Origin: Oligoflexia bacterium
GTDB lineage: Bacteria; Bdellovibrionota; UBA1018
Assembly: GCA_963758495.1 (NCBI GenBank)
Contig: CAVWVI010000003.1
Coordinates: 1,568,001-1,632,000, forward strand
Length of the DNA stretch: 64,000 nucleotides
Reading direction: 5' to 3'
Numbering within the stretch: the stretch's first letter is position 1; every line of letters begins with the position of its first letter. Below the pieces are notes generated by a model, which worked only from the letters and a program-made list of their open reading frames with translations, had not been told where the DNA came from and did not search any database. Below are positions 9,707 to 19,057 of this stretch, piece after piece. Both the position numbers and the translations under genes were made by a program.

Positions 9707-11416
9707 CTATTTATAAAAATGGCCATGCAGCATGTCAAAATGCTCGGCGATTGGACCTAATGAAAGGGCGGGGAAAAAAGTGAGAGCTCCCACTAAAATG
9801 ATAACGCCAATGAGAAGACACACAAAGAGTGGGCCATCTACTGGGAAGGTCCCCTCGCCTCCGGGATGAATTCTTTTCTTCACCATGGATCCAGCCACTG
9901 CCAGCATAGGAATCATCATGAAAAACCGCCCAAAAAACATTGCGAATGCTAATGTGAGATTCCAAAAGGGAGTGTTTGTAGATAACCCGCCGAATGCACT
10001 TCCATTATTTCCCGTTGCTGAAGTGTAAGCATACAAAATTTCAGAAAATCCATGTCCTGCTGGATTACCCAATCCTGTCAAAGCAGATGAATCAAGAGAA
10101 CCCCAAGCTGTAAAACCTAATATAGAAAGAGCCATCACGATCATGGAAAACATGACATATTTGACTTCTCTTCCTTCAATTTTTTTCCCTAAATATTCTG
10201 GCGTTCTCCCAACCATGAGTCCCGCTATGAAAACAGTGAGAATGACATACATCAGCATTCCATAAAGTCCAGAACCCACGCCCCCAAAAATGACTTCGCT
10301 TAGCATGATATTTATAAGTGGAACCATTCCACCCAAAGGAGTGAAACTATCATGCATGGCATTAACTGCTCCACAGGAAGCGTCTGTTGTGATTGTGGCA
10401 AATAAAGCGGAGTTAAATATTCCAAATCGAGTGTCTTTCCCCTCCATATTAGCGGAATTGGAGCAGCCCATGCTTTTAAAAATTGGATTTCCTTGATATT
10501 CAAAATGAGTACATAAAACTGCACCTGTGACAAAAACAATTGCCATGGCTGCCCAGATAGCCCAACCGTGTCGGATATTTTTTACTGTTTTACCCAACAA
10601 ATAAACAAGCCCGCTCGGTATTAAAAAGATTGAAAGCATTTGAATAAAATTAGAAAGAGGGGTGGGGTTCTCGTAAGGATGAGCTGCATTGGCATTAAAG
10701 AAACCACCTCCATTAGTTCCTAACATTTTTATAGCGACCTGGGAGGCTACTGGCCCTTGTGCAATGGTTTGCTTTAAGCCTTCTAAAGTGGTTACCTCTT
10801 GATAAGGGAGAAAGTTCTGGATCATGCCTTGTGAGATTAAAAAAACAGCAAAAAGGATACAAATCGGAAGTAAGAGGTAAAGATTCGCACGAATCATATC
10901 TGTCCAAAAATTTCCAATCCCTTTTCCCTCTTTTTTAGCAAGTGAGCGAATGAGAGCGACCGCCACTGAGATTCCTACTGAGGCTGAGATAAAGTTCTGA
11001 AAGGCAAGCCCGACCATTTGAGAAAAATAGCTCATGGTACTTTCGCCGCTGTAAGATTGCCAGTTCGTGTTTGTAGTAAAACTCATGGCGGTATTGAAAG
11101 CGAGATGAGGAGCAATTACCCCTTCAGACGCAGGGTTGAGAGGTAAATAGTGTTGAAGTCGTAAAACTGCATAAGTAAAGGCAAGGGTAATGGCACTAAA
11201 AACGATGAGGTGAATTGAATATTGAGTCCAATGTTGATCTTCATTTGGGTCATAACCGATGAGACGGGAGAATAATCGCTCAATAGGACCGAAGACAGGA
11301 GATAAAAAGGTAGCCTGTCCATTGAATACCCGTGCCATGTAGATTCCGAGGGGCTTTGCCGTCAGGAAAAGTATAAAAATAAAAAGTAACAGCTGAAAAC
11401 TGTCTCGCAGAGTCAT
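9707..11416 (-). CDS. kdpA: K+-transporting ATPase subunit A
   Basis: Four pore loops [29 protein letters not shown]. Confidence 0.98.
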   Translation of the reverse strand: MTLRDSFQLLLFIFILFLTAKPLGIYMARVFNGQATFLSPVFGPIERLFSRLIGYDPNEDQHWTQYSIHLIVFSAITLAFTYAVLRLQHYLPLNPASEGVIAPHLAFNTAMSFTTNTNWQSYSGESTMSYFSQMVGLAFQNFISASVGISVAVALIRSLAKKEGKGIGNFWTDMIRANLYLLLPICILFAVFLISQGMIQNFLPYQEVTTLEGLKQTIAQGPVASQVAIKMLGTNGGGFFNANAAHPYENPTPLSNFIQMLSIFLIPSGLVYLLGKTVKNIRHGWAIWAAMAIVFVTGAVLCTHFEYQGNPIFKSMGCSNSANMEGKDTRFGIFNSALFATITTDASCGAVNAMHDSFTPLGGMVPLINIMLSEVIFGGVGSGLYGMLMYVILTVFIAGLMVGRTPEYLGKKIEGREVKYVMFSMIVMALSILGFTAWGSLDSSALTGLGNPAGHGFSEILYAYTSATGNNGSAFGGLSTNTPFWNLTLAFAMFFGRFFMMIPMLAVAGSMVKKRIHPGGEGTFPVDGPLFVCLLIGVIILVGALTFFPALSLGPIAEHFDMLHGHFYK

Positions 11417-11428
11417 AACTAACCTCAG

Positions 11429-11518
11429 TTAAAATCTTTCTGGATTGATCAAAGCATAGAGTAAATAAATAAATACAAGGCCCGATACTACTAATAGTCC
11501 GATATCAACAATCGTCAT
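11429..11518 (-). CDS. kdpF: KdpF small subunit (29 aa; below ORF-track cutoff)
   Basis: MTIVDIGLLVVSGLVFIYLLYALINPERF; canonical YLxYALxxPExF end; GAGGA RBS; directly upstream of kdpA. Confidence 0.92.
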   Translation of the reverse strand: MTIVDIGLLVVSGLVFIYLLYALINPERF

Positions 11519-11535
11519 ATTTTCCTCTCACTCAA

Positions 11536-11622
11536 TTATTTCAGCTTCTCACAAGCTTTAATAAATCCAATTCCTGCACCGAAACAGATGAGTAAGAAAC
11601 ATAAATTCATTAGATCAGTCAT
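11536..11622 (-). CDS. Small hydrophobic kdp leader peptide (28 aa)
   Basis: MTDLMNLCFLLICFGAGIGFIKACEKLK; AAGGA upstream; lies between the sigma54 promoter and kdpF. Confidence 0.7.
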   Translation of the reverse strand: MTDLMNLCFLLICFGAGIGFIKACEKLK

Positions 11623-11672
11623 AAGACCCAATCCTTCTCAAATTAAATGCATTATGTTCTAAGTTCCCACAC

Positions 11673-11689
11673 AGCAAAGTCTGGGCCAA
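11673..11689 (-). promoter_or_regulatory. sigma54 (-24/-12) promoter of the kdp operon
   Basis: Minus strand TTGGCCCAGACTTTGCT: GG-N10-GC, 50 nt upstream of the first ORF; adjacent divergent GAFTGA activator. Confidence 0.8.
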
Positions 11690-11936
11690 TTTAACTTAAA
11701 ATATTTGAAATGGAAGTCTATTCGTGATTTTAACTCCATTAAAAAGAAATAAGTGCGGATGGGCATAAAGAAGTATTACAAAATTTAATGTGGCATTCTA
11801 TTATTGTAATAATGATGACCCATTTAGATATTTTAATATTATTTATATATTCATCCACTTTTAGGCGAAATTTTGAAAAAACTCAGGTAAAGTCTGGACT
11901 TGTTTCAAATACTGTTTTTCATTAATCTCGCAGATT

Positions 11937-13067
11937 ATGGTAAATCAATTTGATGAGATTCTCGAGCGCCGAAAAAAGGGCTCTTTAAAGATATACCTCG
12001 GCTATGCCGCAGGTGTGGGTAAAACCTATGCTATGTTACAAGAAGCCCACCGCTTAAAGTCGCGTGGTTTTGACGTGGTGATTGGTTATTTAGAATCCCA
12101 TGATCGTGCTGATACAATCAACCAGATATTCGACTTGGAGGTGGTTCCGCGCCGCTATTTTACTTTCGGAGAACGATCTTGCGAGGAAATGGATATAGTT
12201 GGCGTCATTAAGCGGAAGCCTCAGATTGTGTTAGTCGATGAGCTCGCTCACACAAATGCTCCAGGGTCGAAAAACGAAAAGCGTTACCAAGATATTCTCG
12301 AGTTATTAGATCAGGAAATCAATGTTATTTCGACCATGAACGTCCAGCATTTGGAATCGGTAGCAGATAAGGTGAGTACTGGAACGGGGGCTGTTATTAG
12401 AGAGCGAGTACCTGACCTTATATTACAAAGAGCAGATCAAATTGTTAATGTCGACGTCTCCATTGAAGACTTGAGAGAAAGACTTAGAACTGGAAAAATT
12501 TACAAACAAGATCAAGCAGAGCGCGCACTTTTAAATTTTTTTTCCAATGCAAATCTCTCTATGCTGAGAGAATCGGTACTTAAAGAGGCGGCAGGAGATC
12601 AAAATAGAAGAATTGACGAACAGGCTCTTTTATCTCAGCAGGCTGCAAAACTTTCTCATGAGACTGTAATGGTATGTTTGAGTTCTGATCCAACCAATGC
12701 AGAAGTTCTCATCAGGCGCGGAACTAAAATGGCCGTTCAACTCTCAAGTCGCTGTTTTGTAGTTTATGTTCAAAGAAAAGCAGAACGCCCAACGACTATT
12801 GATGCGGCTCTTCAAAGAAAAATACAGAATAATCTTACTTTGGCAAAACAGCTTGGGGCTGAGGTAGTGACTCTTCAGGGAGATGATATCTCAGACGTAT
12901 TGGTTAATTTTGCGAGTGAAAATAATGTCCGCCATGCAGTATTTGGAAAATCTCGATTGTCGCCAATTAAAGAACGAATAAGAGGATCCGTAATCTTGAA
13001 TTTTACTTATGATGGCGTGGGTGTAGATGTACATATTCTAAGTACTATTGAAGGAAAACTTTCATGA
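11937..13067 (+). CDS. kdpD: Stand-alone KdpD N-terminal domain + Usp domain (no TM or kinase domains)
   Basis: LKIYLGYAAGVGKTYAML, LVDELAHTNAPGSKNEKRYQDI, STMNVQHLES; C-terminal Usp-like LAKQLGAEV..GKS. Confidence 0.9.
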   Translation: MVNQFDEILERRKKGSLKIYLGYAAGVGKTYAMLQEAHRLKSRGFDVVIGYLESHDRADTINQIFDLEVVPRRYFTFGERSCEEMDIVGVIKRKPQIVLVDELAHTNAPGSKNEKRYQDILELLDQEINVISTMNVQHLESVADKVSTGTGAVIRERVPDLILQRADQIVNVDVSIEDLRERLRTGKIYKQDQAERALLNFFSNANLSMLRESVLKEAAGDQNRRIDEQALLSQQAAKLSHETVMVCLSSDPTNAEVLIRRGTKMAVQLSSRCFVVYVQRKAERPTTIDAALQRKIQNNLTLAKQLGAEVVTLQGDDISDVLVNFASENNVRHAVFGKSRLSPIKERIRGSVILNFTYDGVGVDVHILSTIEGKLS

Positions 13068-14830
13068 AACCTATTGAGCCAATCTTTTCTTATCCTCCCC
13101 TGAGAAAAATTGTATTCAAACACTCACTCTTAATTATTGGCCTTTATACATTAGTGGGTGTGGTCATGATGGGAGCAGTCTTCTTGGCTAGCGGAATAAC
13201 ACCTAAGTTGATTCATTTGAATTATGATTCGATTGCAGCGGCAACGCAAATGAATACCGCTTGGGAAGCTCTTAAAAATCCGCAAGATCATAATGAAAAG
13301 CCTCAGATTGCATGGATCAAGGAATTTGATGACGCAATCTCATTTGAAGATCGCAATATTTCTGAACCTGGTGAGCAAAAAATTGCAAAAAATATTCGAA
13401 ATTTATGGATTACAGCTCAAAAGAATATCAATCAAATTGATCCACTCACCTTTAAAGAGATGAGATCCTATTTGAGTGAGTTAATTCACATCAATGAAGT
13501 CGGGATGTTTAATTTAGCGATAGACAGCAATATATTAAGTCATCGTGCCTTTATTGTAAGTACATTGCTTTTTGTCTTTTCAATTTTATTATCCCTCTAT
13601 TTAGCAGATAATCTTGCGATTACTATTACTACTCCAATAAAGGAACTTGCGGAAACACTGAGGCGTAAACCTCTTCCTGGTTCTAAGCTTAAGCTCCCAA
13701 AACCCACAAGTCTGGAAATGCGAATATTCACTCATGAAATGTTACAGCTCTGGGAGCGGGTTTCAGAGCTTCAGAAACTCAATTTGGAAAAGATATTTTC
13801 CCAGGGGAAAAAACTAGAAGCCGTATTATCATCAGTTGATGATGCTATTTTAGTTTTAGATAATCAAGATCAAGTCATTCATTGCAATCAAGGCATGGTT
13901 AAGTTAATTGGCTTGGATTTGAGTGACATCCTGGGTCAATGCTGGCAAGATCTCCCATCATTGAGTGCGAATTACATTCAACTGAGAAATTTGTTAAAAC
14001 CTGATATTATAAGCGATCAAGTCGCTGAGTTTGAGTTAGATCAAAGAATGAGAGTGTTTTCAGGTAGGTGTCGTCCATTCTTTGATGAGCAAGGACGCCA
14101 AATTGGATCCATTTATCTCCTTCATGATATAACGGAAATTCGACAAAAAGATCGACTCAAAGCTGAATTTATTGGGGTCCTTTCTCATGAACTTAAAACT
14201 CCACTTCAATCCTTAGGAACCGCATCTGAAATCCTCTTTGAGCGAAGAAATAAATTGGAAGAGGAGGAGAAAATGCTTCTCGAAACGATACATGAAGATG
14301 TAGGTCGAATCCGTGCAGTAGCAAATGAATTTGTCCAAGTAGGGTTGGTGGATCTTCACTCTTTGAGGCTTAAACTTGAAAAAGTGCCTATGAGCGATTT
14401 TCTTCCTCAATGGATACAGCCTTTTCAAGTTTTGGCAAAAGACAAAAATATAAAAGTACAATTTATCAAGGAAGGCTCTAACGTTATATTAGCTCAGATT
14501 GATACGGTAAAATTTCCCTGGTCAATTTCTAATCTGATTTCAAATGCAATTAGGGTATCACCCTTAGACGGGACAGTCATTGTTCGTTTGTCGGATCGAG
14601 AAAGTAGGGTAGATATTGACGTTATAGATGAAGGTCCTGGAATTTCTGAAGAAAATCAGAAAAAAATATTTGATCCTTATTTTCAAGGGAGCAAGGAATT
14701 GAGTGGTTTCTTAGGGCTGGGGCTAACCATTACTAAGGAGGTTGTTGAGGCACATGAAGGGCGAATTGAATACTATCCGAAACAACCTTACGGCTCTATT
14801 TTTAGAATTTCTCTGCCTTTGCCAGTGTGA
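13064..14830 (+). CDS. Membrane sensor histidine kinase (2 TM, HAMP-like, PAS, HisKA, HATPase)
   Basis: SHELKTPL, NLISNA, DEGPGI, GLGL; ATGA overlap with the kdpD-N gene. Confidence 0.92.
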   Translation: MKPIEPIFSYPPLRKIVFKHSLLIIGLYTLVGVVMMGAVFLASGITPKLIHLNYDSIAAATQMNTAWEALKNPQDHNEKPQIAWIKEFDDAISFEDRNISEPGEQKIAKNIRNLWITAQKNINQIDPLTFKEMRSYLSELIHINEVGMFNLAIDSNILSHRAFIVSTLLFVFSILLSLYLADNLAITITTPIKELAETLRRKPLPGSKLKLPKPTSLEMRIFTHEMLQLWERVSELQKLNLEKIFSQGKKLEAVLSSVDDAILVLDNQDQVIHCNQGMVKLIGLDLSDILGQCWQDLPSLSANYIQLRNLLKPDIISDQVAEFELDQRMRVFSGRCRPFFDEQGRQIGSIYLLHDITEIRQKDRLKAEFIGVLSHELKTPLQSLGTASEILFERRNKLEEEEKMLLETIHEDVGRIRAVANEFVQVGLVDLHSLRLKLEKVPMSDFLPQWIQPFQVLAKDKNIKVQFIKEGSNVILAQIDTVKFPWSISNLISNAIRVSPLDGTVIVRLSDRESRVDIDVIDEGPGISEENQKKIFDPYFQGSKELSGFLGLGLTITKEVVEAHEGRIEYYPKQPYGSIFRISLPLPV

Positions 14831-14859
14831 AGGATTCTAAAAATGGAAGGGATTTAAAT

Positions 14860-16212
14860 ATGGCGACCGATAATTTTCTTAAAGTACTCTTAGTGGACGA
14901 TGATTTAAATATATGCCGGACCCTGAATATTAGTTTGAAATCTTTAGATTGTAGAGTAACCCAGGCCCATTCTGTTACCGAAGCTACAGTCATTCTTAAA
15001 AGTCAAACCTTTGATTTAATCCTGACCGATTTTCGAATGGGAGACTCAACTGGAAGTGATTTAATTAAAGAGGCAAAGAAGTTGGATCCTCAATGCCTTA
15101 TTGCGGTCATGACTGCTTTTGCTTCGATCGATAATGCAATTGAAGTCACTAAAGTCGGTGCATTTGATTACCTTCCAAAGCCGTTTACACAGACTCAGCT
15201 CACTCATTTACTCAAAAAAGTAAAATTAGTTGTTTCATTAAAACAAGAGAATGAAAGATTAAAGAGATCCGAAGGTAATCGTCTTCTTTTTTCAGGTTTT
15301 ACTTCGGTAGCTAATCAAAGACTGGAGGAATTTGTAAACAAAGTAGCTCCTACGGATGCTACAATATTGCTTACAGGTGAGAGTGGAACAGGTAAAACGG
15401 AGCTTGCTCGGCTTCTTCATCAAAGATCTCAACGAAGTTCTAAGCCCTTTATAGTAGTTAATTGTACAAGTCTTGCTGAATCTCTTTTAGAGTCAGAAAT
15501 ATTTGGCCATGTTAAAGGAGCTTTTACAGGAGCTATTCAAGATAAAACGGGAAAATTTGAATTAGCCAATCATGGCACGCTTTTTTTGGATGAAATTGGA
15601 GATTTATCATTAAATTCTCAATCAAAACTTCTTCGTTTTTTACAAGAGAAGGTCATTGAAAGAGTGGGAAGTAATCACAGTATTTGTATTGATACAAGGG
15701 TCGTTGCAGCCACCAATAAAAACCTAATTGAAGCGGTGGAGCGTGGTCAATTTCGAGAGGACCTTTATTATCGGCTTAATATTTTTGAATGCACCTTAGT
15801 GCCCATTCGTCATCGCAGGGAAGATCTTCCTGTCTTAATTCAAAAATTTATTATGGAGTTCAGTAGGTTAGCTCACCTGCCTCAACCTCCTTTTATTTCC
15901 GAAAATGTTATGGAAACTTTATTAAAGTACAGCTGGCCAGGAAATATACGAGAAATCAGAAATGTTATGGAGCGCGTAATACTCCTTTCCGCAGGTAGAG
16001 AAGTTAAAATGAGTGACCTGCCTGATCAGATCGTCATCCCAAGAAAGACGTCATTATTTAAAAGTGAATCTCTCTTACCTCTTGCTGAAATAGAGCGTGC
16101 CCATATCAGCAAAATTTTGGAATTAGAGCCAAATCAAGAAAAAGCAGCCGAAATTTTAGGCATCACTAAAGTCACTCTTTGGAGAAAGCGGAAAGAGTAT
16201 GGGTTGCCTTAA
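14860..16212 (+). CDS. sigma54-dependent NtrC/AtoC-family response regulator
   Basis: Receiver (LLVDDD, LTDFRM), GESGTGKT, ESEIFGHVKGAFTGA, WPGNIRE, Fis-type HTH; ATG 14860 after GGAAGGGA (GTG 14827 alternative). Confidence 0.95.
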   Translation: MATDNFLKVLLVDDDLNICRTLNISLKSLDCRVTQAHSVTEATVILKSQTFDLILTDFRMGDSTGSDLIKEAKKLDPQCLIAVMTAFASIDNAIEVTKVGAFDYLPKPFTQTQLTHLLKKVKLVVSLKQENERLKRSEGNRLLFSGFTSVANQRLEEFVNKVAPTDATILLTGESGTGKTELARLLHQRSQRSSKPFIVVNCTSLAESLLESEIFGHVKGAFTGAIQDKTGKFELANHGTLFLDEIGDLSLNSQSKLLRFLQEKVIERVGSNHSICIDTRVVAATNKNLIEAVERGQFREDLYYRLNIFECTLVPIRHRREDLPVLIQKFIMEFSRLAHLPQPPFISENVMETLLKYSWPGNIREIRNVMERVILLSAGREVKMSDLPDQIVIPRKTSLFKSESLLPLAEIERAHISKILELEPNQEKAAEILGITKVTLWRKRKEYGLP

Positions 16213-16325
16213 TTAGATAAAATAAGTCAATTTTTAAAAAACTTAAGCACTCGATGCTTCTAAGTTAGATAGCTTTTACTATAAAAGTATATAAAATAAA
16301 ATATCATGCTTCAAAGGAGAAATGT

Positions 16326-17948
16326 GTGCATAGAGTCTTTCTATTAAATGAAACAAAGGATTTAGCCTACGACACCCTTATCTCTGAGCTTACGCTTTTA
16401 AATGAGATCGTTCCTATTGTCTCACATAATGCAGAAGATTTAGAAGCATCGATCAAGGAAAATCCGCTTGATCTTCTTTTAATTATTGTCGATCAAGCAC
16501 CTTCAGATGTATTAATCGATATCATTTCATTGAATCGTAATTTAATTTATTTACGTGAAACCCATTTTGTTTCTATTCACAGAAATGCCCTGGCTTCAGG
16601 TGTTCAAAAATCCTTGATGATGGGCTCAAAAAATATCTACTTGGAACCCATTGAAAGAAAAAGGCTCATTCGTGCAATAAGTGACTTAGTGAACGATAAT
16701 CCTACTTTTTTAGATATTCCTCCTGAATTTCATAAAGTTTCTCCAACTCCTTTTAGCGTCGAACTCTTTGGTCGAATTGGAAAAATCTATTCAGAACCGC
16801 TAGGAGATTTACATATTGAAACTGATGTCAACATCCATAATGGTCGAGCCATTGAAGTTCGTTCTCGTATTGCGCAAGACCTCGGGTTAACAGGGTTTCG
16901 ATACGTTATTTCCTCTACTTCTACTGTAGATATCTATTATAATTATAAATACAGTTACCATTTATCCTGGAATAGTGATGCTTCATTGAAAAAAAAACTT
17001 GCTACATGGATTTCTAGGAATAATCCATTTTTTGCATTGCCAAAAACCAAGGTTTTATGGATTACAGATCAATTCATAAAGAATCTGGAAGTAATTTTTG
17101 ACAAATCACTTTTCAGTGTACGTATTAGGGCTCCTGGTCGTCTCACGACTTCTTATTTGGATAGTTTAAATCCACAAATTATATGTGTGGGAGACCTGCC
17201 CGAGGTTACAGTAAATGTACTTTATTTATGGATTTCCGAGAAAGGTATCGAAAATGTGCTGCTCATAAGCACGACGGGTACTTCTCAGTCCAATTGGCAT
17301 TATATTCCGATGGATTCTATTGAAAAGTTTAAAAAGGAATTTGTTGCGCTTGTAAAACCTTTGCTCTTAACTCGAATTTCAAGCTCAATCAAAACTGCGA
17401 AGTATTTTAACAGAAACTCCCATTTTTCGAGGTGTGCCATTGCTTTTAGGCATGGAAAAGTAATTTCGATTTCAACTTCACACATGATCTTGGAAACAAA
17501 TATTGATCTTGGAAAAAATATTGTTTTTCAAGGGCATTGCTCTCTTTTGGAAAATCCAAATGGTATTGGACTTTATTTAAAAACCTTAAGTACTGAGCCA
17601 TTGCCAAATTCTTCACTATTTCATTCAATCTGTGAAATTATTCCGGTCTCTGATCAACCTAATACTGCCATTTCGAAATGGATTCAGTCTTTGTCAAAAC
17701 CAATGAGTGAGACACAAGCCTCAGAGTCTCCATGGCTTAATCCTCGTACGATAAAAAAATCCGTAGAGCTTTTCTTTCTCGAGGCGCAACCCTTCATAAT
17801 TGATATTGGAAAGTTAACGATTGGCGTCATTATTTTTGGTGTTCTAGGTATTTTAGCATATACTTTTATATCACCGCCCAACATTCACAGCAATTCTCCC
17901 GCAGAAATGAATGACGTTTTCAGTGCCATTAGAGGAGTTTTCAAATAG
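16326..17948 (+). CDS. Hypothetical protein; degenerate receiver-like N-terminus, C-terminal TM helix
   Basis: 540-aa ORF with AAGGAG RBS; PLDLLLIIVD...GSKNIYLEPI resembles a receiver fold; hydrophobic segment near the C-terminus. Confidence 0.6.
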   Translation: MHRVFLLNETKDLAYDTLISELTLLNEIVPIVSHNAEDLEASIKENPLDLLLIIVDQAPSDVLIDIISLNRNLIYLRETHFVSIHRNALASGVQKSLMMGSKNIYLEPIERKRLIRAISDLVNDNPTFLDIPPEFHKVSPTPFSVELFGRIGKIYSEPLGDLHIETDVNIHNGRAIEVRSRIAQDLGLTGFRYVISSTSTVDIYYNYKYSYHLSWNSDASLKKKLATWISRNNPFFALPKTKVLWITDQFIKNLEVIFDKSLFSVRIRAPGRLTTSYLDSLNPQIICVGDLPEVTVNVLYLWISEKGIENVLLISTTGTSQSNWHYIPMDSIEKFKKEFVALVKPLLLTRISSSIKTAKYFNRNSHFSRCAIAFRHGKVISISTSHMILETNIDLGKNIVFQGHCSLLENPNGIGLYLKTLSTEPLPNSSLFHSICEIIPVSDQPNTAISKWIQSLSKPMSETQASESPWLNPRTIKKSVELFFLEAQPFIIDIGKLTIGVIIFGVLGILAYTFISPPNIHSNSPAEMNDVFSAIRGVFK

Positions 17949-17959
17949 CGATACGAGCT

Positions 17960-18178
17960 TTAATGATCTCTCATTGCAACTTCACGAAGATCACAGCTCT
18001 CTGTTTCAGAGTCGAAAACGAGTCTGACTTTGCCTTCAACCAAGAGCTGATGTACCTGTTGTATTTTTGTTTCATGTTCGACTTCCTTCTCGCCATAATC
18101 AGTACCGTCACGCGAAACAAATTCATCAATAATAGCACGAAGTGTGTCAGATTTTAGATTTTTCCAAGGGACTTCCAT
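17960..18178 (-). CDS. yheU: YheU/UPF0270 family protein
   Basis: VPWKNLKSDTLRAIIDEFVSRDGTDYGE. Confidence 0.85.
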   Translation of the reverse strand: MEVPWKNLKSDTLRAIIDEFVSRDGTDYGEKEVEHETKIQQVHQLLVEGKVRLVFDSETESCDLREVAMRDH

Positions 18179-18223
18179 AATTAACAATTCCTGTTTTTAG
18201 CTGTATCGGACAAGCATATAGCA

Positions 18224-18239
18224 AGGAATATGTCATGCA
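18224..18239 (+). promoter_or_regulatory. Possible sigma54 promoter for the CBS-domain gene
   Basis: AGGAATATGTCATGCA, GG-N10-GC; predicted start just before the GGAGG RBS. Confidence 0.45.
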
Positions 18240-18268
18240 TGTAAAAGGTAGGAGGAAGCAATTCATTT

Positions 18269-18706
18269 ATGAAACAACTAAAAGAAATTATGACATCTGA
18301 TGTCCAGGTCATGAGACCAGACGCTCGTTTGACTGAAGTGGCCTCTCAGATGAAGAAACTGGATGTGGGAGCAATACCTATTTGTGATGAGGATCGGTTA
18401 GTCGGAATGGTTACCGATCGTGATATTGTCCTTCGTACTTTAGGTGAAAGCCAAGATCCTCGAGTCATGTTTGCCAAGGATGTGATGCATTCTCCTATTG
18501 TCTATTGTTATGAAGATCAAACCATAGAAGAGGCAGCACGGCTTATGGAGGTGAAGCAAATACGTCGGCTTGTGGTTTTGAATCGAGATAAAAGATTGGT
18601 CGGAATAGTTTCTGTAGGAGATTTAGCAGTAAAAACAGGAAGTGAAGAGCTTTCTGGAGAGGTTTTGGAAAAAATATCTCAACCTGCAAGGAAAATAGCG
18701 GCCTAA
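18269..18706 (+). CDS. CBS-domain pair protein (Hrp1/YhcV-like)
   Basis: DVGAIPI..LVGMVTDRDIV, MEVKQIRRLVV..LVGIVSVGDL; GGAGG RBS. Confidence 0.9.
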   Translation: MKQLKEIMTSDVQVMRPDARLTEVASQMKKLDVGAIPICDEDRLVGMVTDRDIVLRTLGESQDPRVMFAKDVMHSPIVYCYEDQTIEEAARLMEVKQIRRLVVLNRDKRLVGIVSVGDLAVKTGSEELSGEVLEKISQPARKIAA

Positions 18707-18738
18707 CTCAGAATCTCGTATCCACATAGTGCTTACCG

Positions 18739-18918
18739 TTAGGGGGTTTCACTGGGCGTGATGAGTTGAGTTAACTTATTGGATTCGATATTTCCGCCAC
18801 TTAACACACAGACGATGTGTTCGTGAGCGGGGTAGAACTTTTTCGTCATTAAGCCAGCGACGCCCACCGCGCCTCCGGGTTCTACCAGCCGCTTTTGATC
18901 ATGATACAAAACGCGTAT
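18739..18918 (-). pseudogene. 3' remnant of a PLP-dependent threonine/serine dehydratase
   Basis: Frame reads IRVLYHDQKRLVEPGGAVGVAGLM...HIVCVLSGGNIESNKL...stop; in-frame TAG a few codons upstream; the N-terminal PLP-binding part is absent. Confidence 0.75.
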
Positions 18919-19057
18919 GGAAGAATTTGAAGAGCAAATTATAAACGCTTTTTGTTTTGAGCCTGACTACTCTGGTTTGGTACTTCAAGCATTTCTCAGA
19001 GCAAATTAATTCTAAATAACACTGGTATTCATGTCGCACCGTTTATAGTGTGTGTGT

